Source: Candidatus Caldarchaeum sp. (lineage in GTDB: Archaea; Thermoproteota; Nitrososphaeria_A; Caldarchaeales; Caldarchaeaceae). Taken from it: a DNA stretch of 64,000 bases. The position numbers and the translations under genes were made by a program. This document shows, piece by piece, positions 36,745 through 46,314 of this stretch (positions are counted from its first letter, which is position 1; each line of letters starts with the position of its first letter). The stretch lies in contig JAWBKB010000004.1 in the NCBI GenBank assembly GCA_038831915.1, positions 32,001 to 96,000 of the forward strand. The letters run 5' to 3'. The notes under the pieces were generated by a model. That model did no database searches, was not told the DNA's origin, and saw only the letters and a program-made list of their open reading frames with translations.

Positions 36745-38004
36745 CTACAACCTATATCCTCGCAGTGATTTTTCGAAAGTCATTTCTTCGAAGTTGATTC
36801 CGAGTTGTTTCGCGTAGCGGTATGATTCTAAGATTTCCTCCCTTGTTGGGTAGCGGGCCATTTCGGCATAGCGTTTGTCAAACCTTGGGTCGGCTGGGTT
36901 GCAGTAGCAATCGGGATGATATTGATCCATTATGTTAACAGGCGTTTCCGGCATATTCTTCGCTATCCATTCGAGAACAGGTTTCGTGCAGCACTCCACA
37001 TGGCTAGGCATGATGAGATGCCTAATCACGATGTCTTCTTCATGGTCATATATGATTTTATGGTTCTGAGAAACGGTTTCAAAATACCATGGAGTCCGTG
37101 ACAGATGGATAGCGCATCGGTTGTTGCCGAACTTAAAATCTGGAAGCCAAATGTCCACGAGGTCGAGAATAATCTCCATGGTGTCACCGCTCATGTACAT
37201 GTTTGAGTTCCAAAGTATCGGTGTGTTGAACTCGCCTTCATAGTATGCGTTGCGGACGTCAAGCGGGTAGGGATAGTAACCGTCGGCCTTAACTTCCAGC
37301 GCTTCGGCGTAAACCTCTTTAAAGAATTTGAGCATGCTAATTGCTTCTACGATGGTGTGAAGATGAATAGTCGGCTCACCGCCCACGAGGTTGATGTTAT
37401 GGCATCCTTCCATGCGCAGCTGCCACATCACCCATGAGAGTGTCTGCGGGGTGAAAACCATTCCGTTATTTTTGTCGTGGCTGATGTCGGCGTTCTGACA
37501 GAAAACGCATCGCATGTTGCATGACGTGAAGAATATGGTTCCGGAGCCTTTGGTACCTCTTATGGGAAGTTCTTCGCCGCTGTGGTGGAAGTAGCTTGAT
37601 ACACGTGATTCGGATTCTAGCTGACAGGTGCCATGCTTGGTTCCAGCAGTTCGATCAACTCTGCAGTTCCACTTGCAGAAATTGCAATGGGTCAGCATCT
37701 TTTTCACCAAAGCTACTTTCACATCCAGATAGTTGGGCCTTGCTGGGGTAAGTTCTTTCAAAGAAATTGTTCCATCCCTTATTTCACGCCGAATCTTGTT
37801 GAACTTCTCAGCGGCTCTGCGATGAATTTGCCAAAGAGATGCCTCATCGAGCAGCGACGGATTTTCATCAACTTCCACTCTTCTGCAGAGGAGGTATTTC
37901 GCCGGCATTTTGTTTATGGCGACTTCATAATACCAGCTCAGCTTGCCCCGGATTTCGGGGGTCTGCCACACTTCGAGAGTGGCGAAGCTAGCCATTCCCC
38001 GCAT
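36745..38004 (-). CDS. Radical SAM protein (PflX-like, pyruvate formate-lyase activating enzyme-related)
   Basis: SGTIFFTSCNMRCVFCQN (CxxxCxxC), NINLVGGEPT, DFKFGN, IRHLIMP, MDQYHP. Confidence 0.88.
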   Translation of the reverse strand: MRGMASFATLEVWQTPEIRGKLSWYYEVAINKMPAKYLLCRRVEVDENPSLLDEASLWQIHRRAAEKFNKIRREIRDGTISLKELTPARPNYLDVKVALVKKMLTHCNFCKWNCRVDRTAGTKHGTCQLESESRVSSYFHHSGEELPIRGTKGSGTIFFTSCNMRCVFCQNADISHDKNNGMVFTPQTLSWVMWQLRMEGCHNINLVGGEPTIHLHTIVEAISMLKFFKEVYAEALEVKADGYYPYPLDVRNAYYEGEFNTPILWNSNMYMSGDTMEIILDLVDIWLPDFKFGNNRCAIHLSRTPWYFETVSQNHKIIYDHEEDIVIRHLIMPSHVECCTKPVLEWIAKNMPETPVNIMDQYHPDCYCNPADPRFDKRYAEMARYPTREEILESYRYAKQLGINFEEMTFEKSLRGYRL

Positions 38005-38067
38005 ACACGTCTGCGTGACGGGTTGAAAAACTTATGCTTTTATCAAAGTTGTCGACGGCTAATTGCC

Positions 38068-39087
38068 GTGTACAGCGTCAGCGTTATCAAAGGCGATGGA
38101 ATCGGGCCGCACATCGTCGAAGAAACTCTGGGCCTGCTCAGATGGCTCGGCGACGCCTTCAATTTCAGCATGGCGTTTCGAGACGCACCAGCCGGCGACA
38201 AAGTCTTAAGTGAAACAGGTATCGCCCTACCCGCAGACTCGTTCAAAACCATCGTCTCGAGCGATGCCTGTCTTAAGGGCCCTGTGGGCCAAACAGCTAG
38301 AGACGTCATAGTTTATCTTCGGCAGAAGCTCGACCTCTACGCAAACATCAGACCTTTCAAAAATCTGCCAGGTATAAAATCCAAATGGAGCGGTGTCGAC
38401 TTCGTAATCGTCCGCGAAAACACGGAAGATTTGTACAGGTCTGTTGAAGACGTCGGCGTCGACCACGCCGTCGCTTTACTCGTGATTACTCGGAAGGCGT
38501 CTGAAAGAATCGCACGAACAGCTTTTGATATTGCTTCGCGTAGGAGGAAAAAAGTGACGATCGTGCACAAGTCGAACGTGGTCCGCTCGTACACGCTTTT
38601 TAGAGATGTCTGCTTTGAAGTGGGGAAAAGTTTTCCACAGGTAAGCGTTGATGAAATGTATGTGGACAACGCTGCGTATCAAATGGTTATAAACCCTCAA
38701 AATTTTGATGTGATTTTGACTCCGAACATGTTTGGCGATATTTTGAGCGACCTCGCTGCCGGGATAGTCGGAACCATCGGCGTGGCAGGGTCTGCGAATG
38801 TTGGTGATAACTTCGGCTTGTTTGAGCCTGTTCACGGCTCCGCTCCAACACTGAATCCGGAGTTGGCGAACCCAACAGCCCAACTATTCGCGGCCAAAAT
38901 GATGCTCGAATGGCTGGGCGAGAAAAAAGCCGACAGAAATTTAATCGAAGCAGCCAAAATACTCGAGAACAGTATTGTTGAAGTTCTCCGGGAAGGTAAA
39001 GTTTTGACCATGGATTTAGGAGGAAATGCGACGTGTAGACAATTCGTCGAAACACTCAAAGCGAAAATTCGGGCATCGATTGGGTGA
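38068..39087 (+). CDS. leuB: Isocitrate/3-isopropylmalate dehydrogenase family protein
   Basis: GDGIGP, DLYANIRP, VRENTEDLY, HKSNV, NMFGDILSD, FEPVHGSAP; GTG start at 38068. Exact substrate is uncertain. Confidence 0.8.
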   Translation: MYSVSVIKGDGIGPHIVEETLGLLRWLGDAFNFSMAFRDAPAGDKVLSETGIALPADSFKTIVSSDACLKGPVGQTARDVIVYLRQKLDLYANIRPFKNLPGIKSKWSGVDFVIVRENTEDLYRSVEDVGVDHAVALLVITRKASERIARTAFDIASRRRKKVTIVHKSNVVRSYTLFRDVCFEVGKSFPQVSVDEMYVDNAAYQMVINPQNFDVILTPNMFGDILSDLAAGIVGTIGVAGSANVGDNFGLFEPVHGSAPTLNPELANPTAQLFAAKMMLEWLGEKKADRNLIEAAKILENSIVEVLREGKVLTMDLGGNATCRQFVETLKAKIRASIG

Positions 39088-40070
39088 ATAATTTTTTGAC
39101 CAGAGGGGTTTTCCTGTCGCCGGCGAGCTCAGCGAACCTTGGTCCTGGTTATGATGTTTTCGCTCTAGCACTTGCCAAGCCAAACTTAAGACTTTCGATA
39201 GAAATTTCTGATGGAACGGGAACTTCCATAGAGGTGGAAGGACGTTATAGAGACGAGATTCCACGCGACCCGAATATCAACGCCGCTGCCAAGGCAGCGA
39301 AAATAGTTCTCCAGACCTACAGAATCGAGAAGGAAGTTCATCTCAAACTCGATGCATCGATTCCTCCCCGCAAGGGCCTAGGGGCCAGCGGCGCCGAAGC
39401 TGCAGCAGCAGTTTATGGCTTGAACGAGCTTTTGAACCTGAGGTTAACTAGGGATGAAATGGTGTTTTTAGCGGCCAAAGCCGAGCCGGGTGAGCATCTA
39501 GATAACGTTTCAGCATCCATTCATGGTGGATTCGTGATCTGCCTGCGCGACGTACTCGGGTATCGAACAGCGACTTTACCGCCGCCCCCTGGACTCGGTC
39601 TGATAATCATAGTGCCCAACGTCTTCAAAGAATCAACCGCGGCCGCGCGGAAAGCAGTGCCAGAAACAGTCTCCATTACTGAGCAGGTGGAAATAGCGGC
39701 AAAAACGGCCGCCACTGCGGCAGCAATCGCTACAGGCGATGTAGGTCTCTTTCTGCGGGCTGTTTTGTTGGACCCGGTCGTTGAACGGCGAAGAGCCGAA
39801 ACCGGTGTTTACGGGAAAGTGAACTGGGATGCTCTTTTCGAAGAAAAGAAGCTACTGTACCAGAGATATGGAGTCTCTGAGGTTATCAGCGGCGCGGGGC
39901 CTTCGCGGCTACTTCTATTTGATAAGCGACTCGACAAAGCAGAAATGGGCAAAAGAAAGGTTGATGAAGCTGTGGCCACAGTAGTCGCCAATATTGAAAA
40001 AACCGGGGTGAAAGTATTAGAAATAATTGAAACCGAGCCCGATGTTTTTGGATGTCGCAAAATAGACTAA
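39084..40070 (+). CDS. thrB: Homoserine kinase (GHMP family)
   Basis: PASSANLGPGYDV, IPPRKGLGASGA, HLDNV, ISGAGPS. Confidence 0.9.
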   Translation: MNNFLTRGVFLSPASSANLGPGYDVFALALAKPNLRLSIEISDGTGTSIEVEGRYRDEIPRDPNINAAAKAAKIVLQTYRIEKEVHLKLDASIPPRKGLGASGAEAAAAVYGLNELLNLRLTRDEMVFLAAKAEPGEHLDNVSASIHGGFVICLRDVLGYRTATLPPPPGLGLIIIVPNVFKESTAAARKAVPETVSITEQVEIAAKTAATAAAIATGDVGLFLRAVLLDPVVERRRAETGVYGKVNWDALFEEKKLLYQRYGVSEVISGAGPSRLLLFDKRLDKAEMGKRKVDEAVATVVANIEKTGVKVLEIIETEPDVFGCRKID

Positions 40071-40086
40071 ATAATGCAGTTGGCCG

Positions 40087-40980
40087 GTGGAATTCGTGGG
40101 CTCTGATTATAGAAAATTCGTCGACAACGAATACAAGGACTACATGGTTTATACCTTGCTTGCACGGATCGAAAAAAATGGTGACAGGAAGGAACTTTTG
40201 GAAAAGCTCGCTCAAATCGAGAAAACGCATTTCGATTTCTGGGGTAGCCGTTCACCAGACTATCGGCCGAGCGTTTCGAGAGTTTATTTGTTTCTGGTGG
40301 CGGTTCTTCGCATGCTTTTCGGAGTGGTCTTCGTCGTTAAGATGCTGGAAAACCACGAACGCCAGACCCTTCAAAACTATGTCGCGATAGCTGAAAAACT
40401 CGAAGAAGATGAACCCGAGAGATTAAAAATTGAGAAAATTATCAAGGAGGAATCGCAAATCGAGACTTCTCTTGTCTCTAGCATCGACGAAGCCATAGTT
40501 AAGTATGTAGGTTTCTTAATGCTTGGGTTGGCTGATGCGATAATAGAGGTGACAGGTGTTCAGGCCGGTTTCCTTGGTGTAACTAATTCAGCTCCCGTCG
40601 CAGGTTTAGCCGGGTTGCTAGTTGGCGTCGCCGCATCTATCTCCATGGGTGCGGCAGCGTATTTGCAGGCGAGGCAAAGCTCTTCGGAAAACGCATCCAT
40701 ACCGGGCATTTTGACAGGGGCAGTCTACTTTGTAACAGTTTGTTTTATCGCTTCGCCGTTCTTCATCATTCCAAACCTAATCATAGCTTTCATCGCATCG
40801 ATAACTGTGTCAGCTCTGCTCGTGGCATTTTTTTCCTTCTTCATTTCTGTGGTTCAGGAAAGAAGCTTTCGAAAAGAATTCCTAATTAACATTTTGATCT
40901 TAGCTTCGGTTATCCTCATCACTTATTCGGTCGGACGGGTCCTCGGCGAATACTTTAGCATACCTCAGCTGATAACCTAG
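40087..40980 (+). CDS. Rubrerythrin/ferritin-like N-domain + VIT1/CCC1 transporter
   Basis: E..D..Y..LA, EKTH, EE..E, LGLADAIIE, AASISMG..YL. Confidence 0.85.
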   Translation: MEFVGSDYRKFVDNEYKDYMVYTLLARIEKNGDRKELLEKLAQIEKTHFDFWGSRSPDYRPSVSRVYLFLVAVLRMLFGVVFVVKMLENHERQTLQNYVAIAEKLEEDEPERLKIEKIIKEESQIETSLVSSIDEAIVKYVGFLMLGLADAIIEVTGVQAGFLGVTNSAPVAGLAGLLVGVAASISMGAAAYLQARQSSSENASIPGILTGAVYFVTVCFIASPFFIIPNLIIAFIASITVSALLVAFFSFFISVVQERSFRKEFLINILILASVILITYSVGRVLGEYFSIPQLIT

Positions 40981-42140
40981 AACTCGTCTATTAGCTGGAA
41001 GATTTTGACAAGATGGTTGACAGTGGGAATTACGACATCGGCCTCGTTTTCAAGCATGTAGTCAAGCTTTCGAAAATCGTTGTCAGTAACTCCCGCAAAC
41101 AAAAGCTCTTCCATTTGCTGTTTGGCTCTTACATACATGAGATGGTCTTCGGCTGAATTTCCCACGTAGAGCACCGGCCCCTGCTTTTCCAAATTTTTGA
41201 CGGCTTCTATTAACGACCACGGATTAGGTTTTTCGTATATGTTTGCGTGGCCCGGGTCTCTGATAATGTGGTCTCCGATGAATATGCACGAAGGTTTATG
41301 GAAGTACCTTTCGAGACCGCCGAGAGTTTTCCAAGTTTCCCATGAGCCTCTGCCCGTGCAGATACCCAAAGCGAACCTTTTCTCGGCCAAGAAATTCATA
41401 GTGGCTTCAGAAACTAGGACTTTTTCGTTTTTTAGACGTCCTTCAAAGTCGAAGAAAGGACCGCTGTTCCTAACACGTGTTATTTCGGAAGAACCGTAGA
41501 ACGATTCGTCAAACACTGTGACCAACAATCCCTTCCCGTATGGCTGCTCAGGCTGCAAGACCTTTTTCACGGCGGCGGTCAAAATCGGGTCTAGTGAAAG
41601 CTCTTCTTCAACTGAGCCAAGCGGCGCCGCAGTTCCCTCCAATTTAGAGATTTTGGCTTTCAACTCGTTCAACCATCTCTCCAAAACAGGCGCGGCAACG
41701 TATCCCTTTAGCTGCCGATATGCCAGAATCTCGTCGAACGATTTCCCGGCCAAAACTTCGAGCCTCTTCATCACTTCGGGGTCGAGCTCTGAATCAATTT
41801 TGGCGAGGGTCCATTCGACTAGGAGCTGAATGGTATGAGCGTCGTTGTTGAAGCTTCCGACTGCGCGGATGTCGTAAAGCGTCTTGGTAAGAGGTTCATT
41901 AGATTCAAGCCGGTAACCCGTTAGAATTTCTGTCAAAAGGGTCGTTGATTCCTTGATTACTTTGTCATATGATGTTTTTTCGTCGATTAAAACTCCGTCG
42001 CAGTCAAGGATGACAGCCACTACGTTGGAAAGTTTTTCGAAACACGAGTATTTGACGTAGCTGGTGCCGCCGCCCGCTCGGTATTCAAGGTAGAGTCTGG
42101 CTTTCTGTGACACAGAAAGGCTCATTTCTTTGATTAGCAA
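40977..42140 (-). CDS. HAD-superfamily hydrolase
   Basis: ILDCDGVLID, CTGR, EKPNP, YVGNSAED. Confidence 0.82.
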   Translation of the reverse strand: MLIKEMSLSVSQKARLYLEYRAGGGTSYVKYSCFEKLSNVVAVILDCDGVLIDEKTSYDKVIKESTTLLTEILTGYRLESNEPLTKTLYDIRAVGSFNNDAHTIQLLVEWTLAKIDSELDPEVMKRLEVLAGKSFDEILAYRQLKGYVAAPVLERWLNELKAKISKLEGTAAPLGSVEEELSLDPILTAAVKKVLQPEQPYGKGLLVTVFDESFYGSSEITRVRNSGPFFDFEGRLKNEKVLVSEATMNFLAEKRFALGICTGRGSWETWKTLGGLERYFHKPSCIFIGDHIIRDPGHANIYEKPNPWSLIEAVKNLEKQGPVLYVGNSAEDHLMYVRAKQQMEELLFAGVTDNDFRKLDYMLENEADVVIPTVNHLVKIFQLIDEF

Positions 42141-42184
42141 CTGCTCTTAAAAGACTTTTTACCGTGGCCTGTCAGTTTGTGAAC

Positions 42185-42550
42185 ATGGCGAAACCTTCCA
42201 AAGTGTCATTGGAAAAAATGCCCTGGGAAAAAGTTCGGGATGATTTTCAACGGAGAATTGTCAGCGGTGAAAAGCTGATGGTTGCCCAGCTCTCGATTGC
42301 TAAAGGCGCTAAGGTTGCGTTTCACCGCCATTTCCACGAGCAATTCACAATCGTCTTGCAAGGCATGATTAAGTTTGTCTTCGAAGACGGAGTGGAATTT
42401 GTGGCGGGTAAAAACGAAGTTGTCGTGATTCCGTCTAACGCTGGGCACGAGGCCGAGGCGCTCGAAGATTGTGTGACCTTTGACATATTCGCTCCCCCGA
42501 GAGAGGACTGGCTCACGGGGAACGACGATTATTTGCGGCAGAAAAGTTAA
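42185..42550 (+). CDS. Cupin domain protein
   Basis: HRHFHEQ..V..G, IPSNAGH, DIFAPPREDW. Confidence 0.88.
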   Translation: MAKPSKVSLEKMPWEKVRDDFQRRIVSGEKLMVAQLSIAKGAKVAFHRHFHEQFTIVLQGMIKFVFEDGVEFVAGKNEVVVIPSNAGHEAEALEDCVTFDIFAPPREDWLTGNDDYLRQKS

Positions 42551-42891
42551 CCGTCTCGGCGGAAAATCCATTCAGTCATAAAGCGGTCGTGCCAGTCGAC
42601 AGACTCTTCGATCACGGTGTAGATGTCGGTCAAAAGAGCTATTTTCACAGCCACTAAGTGGTAACACATCGGTTTCTCATGGCTCATTACTCTGAAGAAA
42701 AAGTCTTCACAGGAACAATAACCGCTTTCCGGCAACACGAGGTAGTCTCGTTTTTTGCCTACAACCACCCATCTGATTCTGTCACCTGGTTTGAACACGT
42801 ATTTTTTCACTCTGCCCTGTTTGACGGCTTCATATCCTTCTGCGAATAAATCTGGAAATTCTTTTTCAATTTTGGGGAGTTCAGAATTCAT
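42547..42891 (-). CDS. SWIM zinc-finger protein
   Basis: YCSCEDF..CYH SWIM motif. Confidence 0.85.
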   Translation of the reverse strand: MNSELPKIEKEFPDLFAEGYEAVKQGRVKKYVFKPGDRIRWVVVGKKRDYLVLPESGYCSCEDFFFRVMSHEKPMCYHLVAVKIALLTDIYTVIEESVDWHDRFMTEWIFRRDG

Positions 42892-43673
42892 GGCAATGCA
42901 TCTCTCAACTCTTTCAATGTGCCGAGATAAGTGCCGTCGATTCCAAATATTTCCGCCTCAGAAAGGTTAAACGCTTTGGTTCTCAGGAGCGGCCCTCGAA
43001 CAATTGCTGATTCGCTGAGCTCCGTCACCGAGCGTCCTTGCAATATTTTGTTGAAACTTGGCATGATGAGCAAGGTAATTTCTCCTTCGAGATTTGCGGC
43101 CTCTCTTCCGTAAAGAGCTTCAGCGGCTTTGCGCCTATTTCCTTTGAGCTTCAACCAGACTCCTAACCTCGCCGCCGTAACTCCCGTGCCTATTTTCAAC
43201 ACCGGATGAAGATGACCCATAACCACGACATCCATCGACAAAATGCTTTTATCGGGTTTCACATGTCCATGCGTGAACGCAATCCTTTCCTCTTCAACTA
43301 TGAATCCTTTCGCAGGTTTTACTTCCGCTATTCCTTGAAGCACCTTGCCTATCTTCCCATCATGATTTCCGGGCACGACGACTATTTCGTCGACAACTGT
43401 TTTTAGAGGTTTTAGGAGTTTTGGTATGATTTCGAATTCGAGGAGAGAGGGCCCGGGCACGGCGTGTTTCAAATCTCCTACTACCACGAGTTTTTTCGCC
43501 TGCGTCCTCGAAATCAAGTCCAAAAGTTCATCGATGATTTTGGGGCTTTGAAGCGGTACTTTAATGCCTTTTGACCTAAGCTCTTCTTCGAAACCGAGGT
43601 GAAGGTCTGCGACCGCCACTGTCTTGATAGGTTTTTCGAGCAACAGAGCTCCGTAGCCTTCGACGAACTTCAA
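42888..43673 (-). CDS. Calcineurin-like metallophosphoesterase (MPE/ICC-like)
   Basis: ADLHLG, GDLKH, PGNHDG, THGH, GHLHP, MPSFN; likely TTG start at 43673. Confidence 0.88.
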   Translation of the reverse strand: MKFVEGYGALLLEKPIKTVAVADLHLGFEEELRSKGIKVPLQSPKIIDELLDLISRTQAKKLVVVGDLKHAVPGPSLLEFEIIPKLLKPLKTVVDEIVVVPGNHDGKIGKVLQGIAEVKPAKGFIVEEERIAFTHGHVKPDKSILSMDVVVMGHLHPVLKIGTGVTAARLGVWLKLKGNRRKAAEALYGREAANLEGEITLLIMPSFNKILQGRSVTELSESAIVRGPLLRTKAFNLSEAEIFGIDGTYLGTLKELRDALP

Positions 43674-43680
43674 ACCATTC

Positions 43681-44778
43681 TCATTTTTTCGTAAGCTCAG
43701 CGAGTTTTTCCGGCAAGTAGTCAGACACGATGTATTCGAGACCATATCGGCTGAGCGCTTCGAGCTCTGCTTTTTTCTGGAGCTTCCGGAAATTGGCGAT
43801 TTCGCGTTTCCAGGGGTCTGAAACGTAGCGTGGGTCTCTTTCCAGCTCGGCTATGCGGCGGATGTCTTCTTCGTTGAATTTCATCGCAGGCAGTTTGTAA
43901 CGTGTGATGTCGCTGGCCCACATCCCCGCCCAGACAGCGTCTGGCACGTTGAGCTCTCGAACATGCGCGGACAAGGCGGAGCCGAAAACAATCACGCTGG
44001 CGATGTGCATCCCCCATGGGTCTGCGTCTGTGAAAACATACACCGGCAGGTCGAGCTCAATATTCAGTCTCCGGATAAATTTCCGCGTGGCCCTCGGCGC
44101 CTGCCCAGCTGTGTGAACCACGATGGCTTTGTATTTCGAAGGCACGTCTTCTTCGAGAAACCTTTGGTAAACAGCTCCTTTCTCAACCACAAACACCTGT
44201 TTCGCAGAAGTTTTCACGAATTTAGCGGTTGTCATCGCGGGCCCTATCATCGCACCGTCGGGTATAGTCGTAAGGTCCAGTCTTCTACCTTGATATCCCG
44301 GCACGTCGTATTCGATGACGAGAGGCCCGAAAACACTCGACCTTTCCTCCGGATAGATGTTAAAATCTTCCCTAACAATCTGTAGGATTGTTTCGAGTTC
44401 CGTAACAGCTTCGTCGCTTTCCTGCTGGTCTTCAAAGTCGACTTCATAGCCTAATGCATTGTAGAAAGCATCTCTCAGAGTACTTGTTTTCCTCGTTTGA
44501 ATAAGCTGGGAAGCAAACATCGCCATCCAGCAAAGCTGAGCTAGAGGCCTTAGATGTTTGATGTTTCGGGCTGTTCGGATGATTTTCTTATCGCCGAGAA
44601 CATACTGCCTCAATTCCGGGTTGTATTCGATGTTCGATGTTGTACGCGCTGGAATGCTGACTTCTGGGAAGGTTTTTTTCTCTAAAGCTTCAACGACTGA
44701 TTGGGCAAATCGTCTAATCCTTTCTAGGATTTCAGACTTGTACTCTTTCTGTGAAGTAGGTTGTCTGGTTTTTTTCAC
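43681..44778 (-). CDS. top6A: DNA topoisomerase VI subunit A (Spo11 family)
   Basis: STLRDAFY (catalytic Tyr region), FEDQQESD, VEKGAVY, GQAPRATR, DADPWG TOPRIM, KAELEAL. Confidence 0.93.
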   Translation of the reverse strand: MKKTRQPTSQKEYKSEILERIRRFAQSVVEALEKKTFPEVSIPARTTSNIEYNPELRQYVLGDKKIIRTARNIKHLRPLAQLCWMAMFASQLIQTRKTSTLRDAFYNALGYEVDFEDQQESDEAVTELETILQIVREDFNIYPEERSSVFGPLVIEYDVPGYQGRRLDLTTIPDGAMIGPAMTTAKFVKTSAKQVFVVEKGAVYQRFLEEDVPSKYKAIVVHTAGQAPRATRKFIRRLNIELDLPVYVFTDADPWGMHIASVIVFGSALSAHVRELNVPDAVWAGMWASDITRYKLPAMKFNEEDIRRIAELERDPRYVSDPWKREIANFRKLQKKAELEALSRYGLEYIVSDYLPEKLAELTKK

Positions 44779-44811
44779 TATGTTTTGTATGTTGTTTGGG
44801 TGTTCTTAAGT

Positions 44812-46272
44812 CTAAGCCGTGAAGTTGAACGAAATGTTGATTGCTGCTTCGAGGAACGGTGAGGGGTAAATTCCCATGACTATGGCGGCTGCCGCGAGCA
44901 CGATGAGAGGCAGTCTCATGGAGTTTGTAACTGGTTTGACTACGTTGAGTTCTTTGGAGGGTTCCTTGAGGAAGATGGTTTGAACCAGCCTTAAGTAATA
45001 GGCCACGCTTAGCAATATGTTGACGACCATGATGGCGCCGAGAACCGGGTATATTCCTCCAGCCGCCAGAGCCGCTGTGACAATTGTGAATTCGCTCCAG
45101 AAAACGTTGAGTCCGGGTATCCCTGCGAGTGAGAAGGCTCCTATGCTGAAACACGTTGCGGCGAGTGGTAATTTCTTACCTATTCCAGAAAGGGCATTGA
45201 TGTTGCGGGTTTCAGTTGCATGGATAAACGCTCCTGCACCGAGGAAGAGTAGGGCCTTCATCAGGGCATGGTTGAGAACATGGAACAACCCGCCTGCAAC
45301 TCCCGTGACAGTTGCGATGCTGAGCCCGAAAACGATGTAACCGATGTGCGCTATGGAGCTGAAAGCCAAGAGCCGTTTGATGTCTTCTTGCAGCAGGGCG
45401 AGGATATTTCCTATGCTCATGGTAAGGATTGCGAAGAAAGCGAGACCGAGCTGCCAGTCGAATAGCGCCGGCGGGAAAATTCCCAAGAGGATTCGAATCA
45501 AGGCATAGACCCCGGTTTTGATGACTACCCCTGAAAGCAGGGCGCTGATGGGGCTAGGAGCGGCTGGATGTGCATCTGGAAGCCATGAATGGAAAGGAGC
45601 CATGGCGGCGTTGACGCCAAACCCGGTCACCAGAAAAGCGATAGCTAGATAAGCCCAAGGCTCGCCAGCCACAGCAGCAGTTCCGATCACAGGTCCGAGC
45701 TTTGAGAGCTCAAGCGTTCCAGCCAAACCGTAAACAAGAGACATGCCGAATAGAATCGCTGCGGCCCCAGCTGCGCTCATAATCAAATATTTAAGCGAAG
45801 CTTCGACGGCTTCCCATGATTTATAACGGAAAGCAACTAAAAGGTAGGACGATACTGACATCAATTCCCAGAAGACGAAGAAGGTGAACAGGTCGCCGGA
45901 AAAAACGACGCCGACCATGCCAGTTATCAGCGCGAACACAAGCGGATAGAATTCAGGTTTTCTCTCTTCCAAATAACCGATTGAAAAAATAGCAGATAAC
46001 AACCCAACGAAAACGAAAACAACAGTGAGAAATATAGCGAGTTTATCGACCAGTATCTGCGAGCCATAGGGCCCATATGAAATGACGTATGTTGCCCCTG
46101 AAAAAACCGTTAAAGCTTGCTGAATGGTCACGACTGAGGCTACGGCGAAAGCGGCGACAGCGAAGCCGTCTATGATTCCCGGTCGGCGGGTTTTTCTGCT
46201 GATGAGTGAGAAAAGCGGTGAAACGATTGTTAAAATTATGAGTGTATTTAGCGTCGGCGTAAAGTCAATCAT
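44812..46272 (-). CDS. NADH:quinone oxidoreductase subunit N / MrpD-like antiporter subunit
   Basis: DLFTFFVFWELMS..SY.LV, EASLKY, PFHSWLPDAH..APSPISALLSG, DIKRLLAFSS. Confidence 0.85.
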   Translation of the reverse strand: MIDFTPTLNTLIILTIVSPLFSLISRKTRRPGIIDGFAVAAFAVASVVTIQQALTVFSGATYVISYGPYGSQILVDKLAIFLTVVFVFVGLLSAIFSIGYLEERKPEFYPLVFALITGMVGVVFSGDLFTFFVFWELMSVSSYLLVAFRYKSWEAVEASLKYLIMSAAGAAAILFGMSLVYGLAGTLELSKLGPVIGTAAVAGEPWAYLAIAFLVTGFGVNAAMAPFHSWLPDAHPAAPSPISALLSGVVIKTGVYALIRILLGIFPPALFDWQLGLAFFAILTMSIGNILALLQEDIKRLLAFSSIAHIGYIVFGLSIATVTGVAGGLFHVLNHALMKALLFLGAGAFIHATETRNINALSGIGKKLPLAATCFSIGAFSLAGIPGLNVFWSEFTIVTAALAAGGIYPVLGAIMVVNILLSVAYYLRLVQTIFLKEPSKELNVVKPVTNSMRLPLIVLAAAAIVMGIYPSPFLEAAINISFNFTA

Positions 46273-46314
46273 TTAGCCTCGAAAAGTTGGTTTAAATGCA
46301 GTTTTTATAGATAA

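Noticed and set aside
37633-38067. Long N-terminal extension of the leuB-like ORF (484 aa)
   Set aside because: It overlaps the divergent radical SAM gene; family homology begins at GTG 38068
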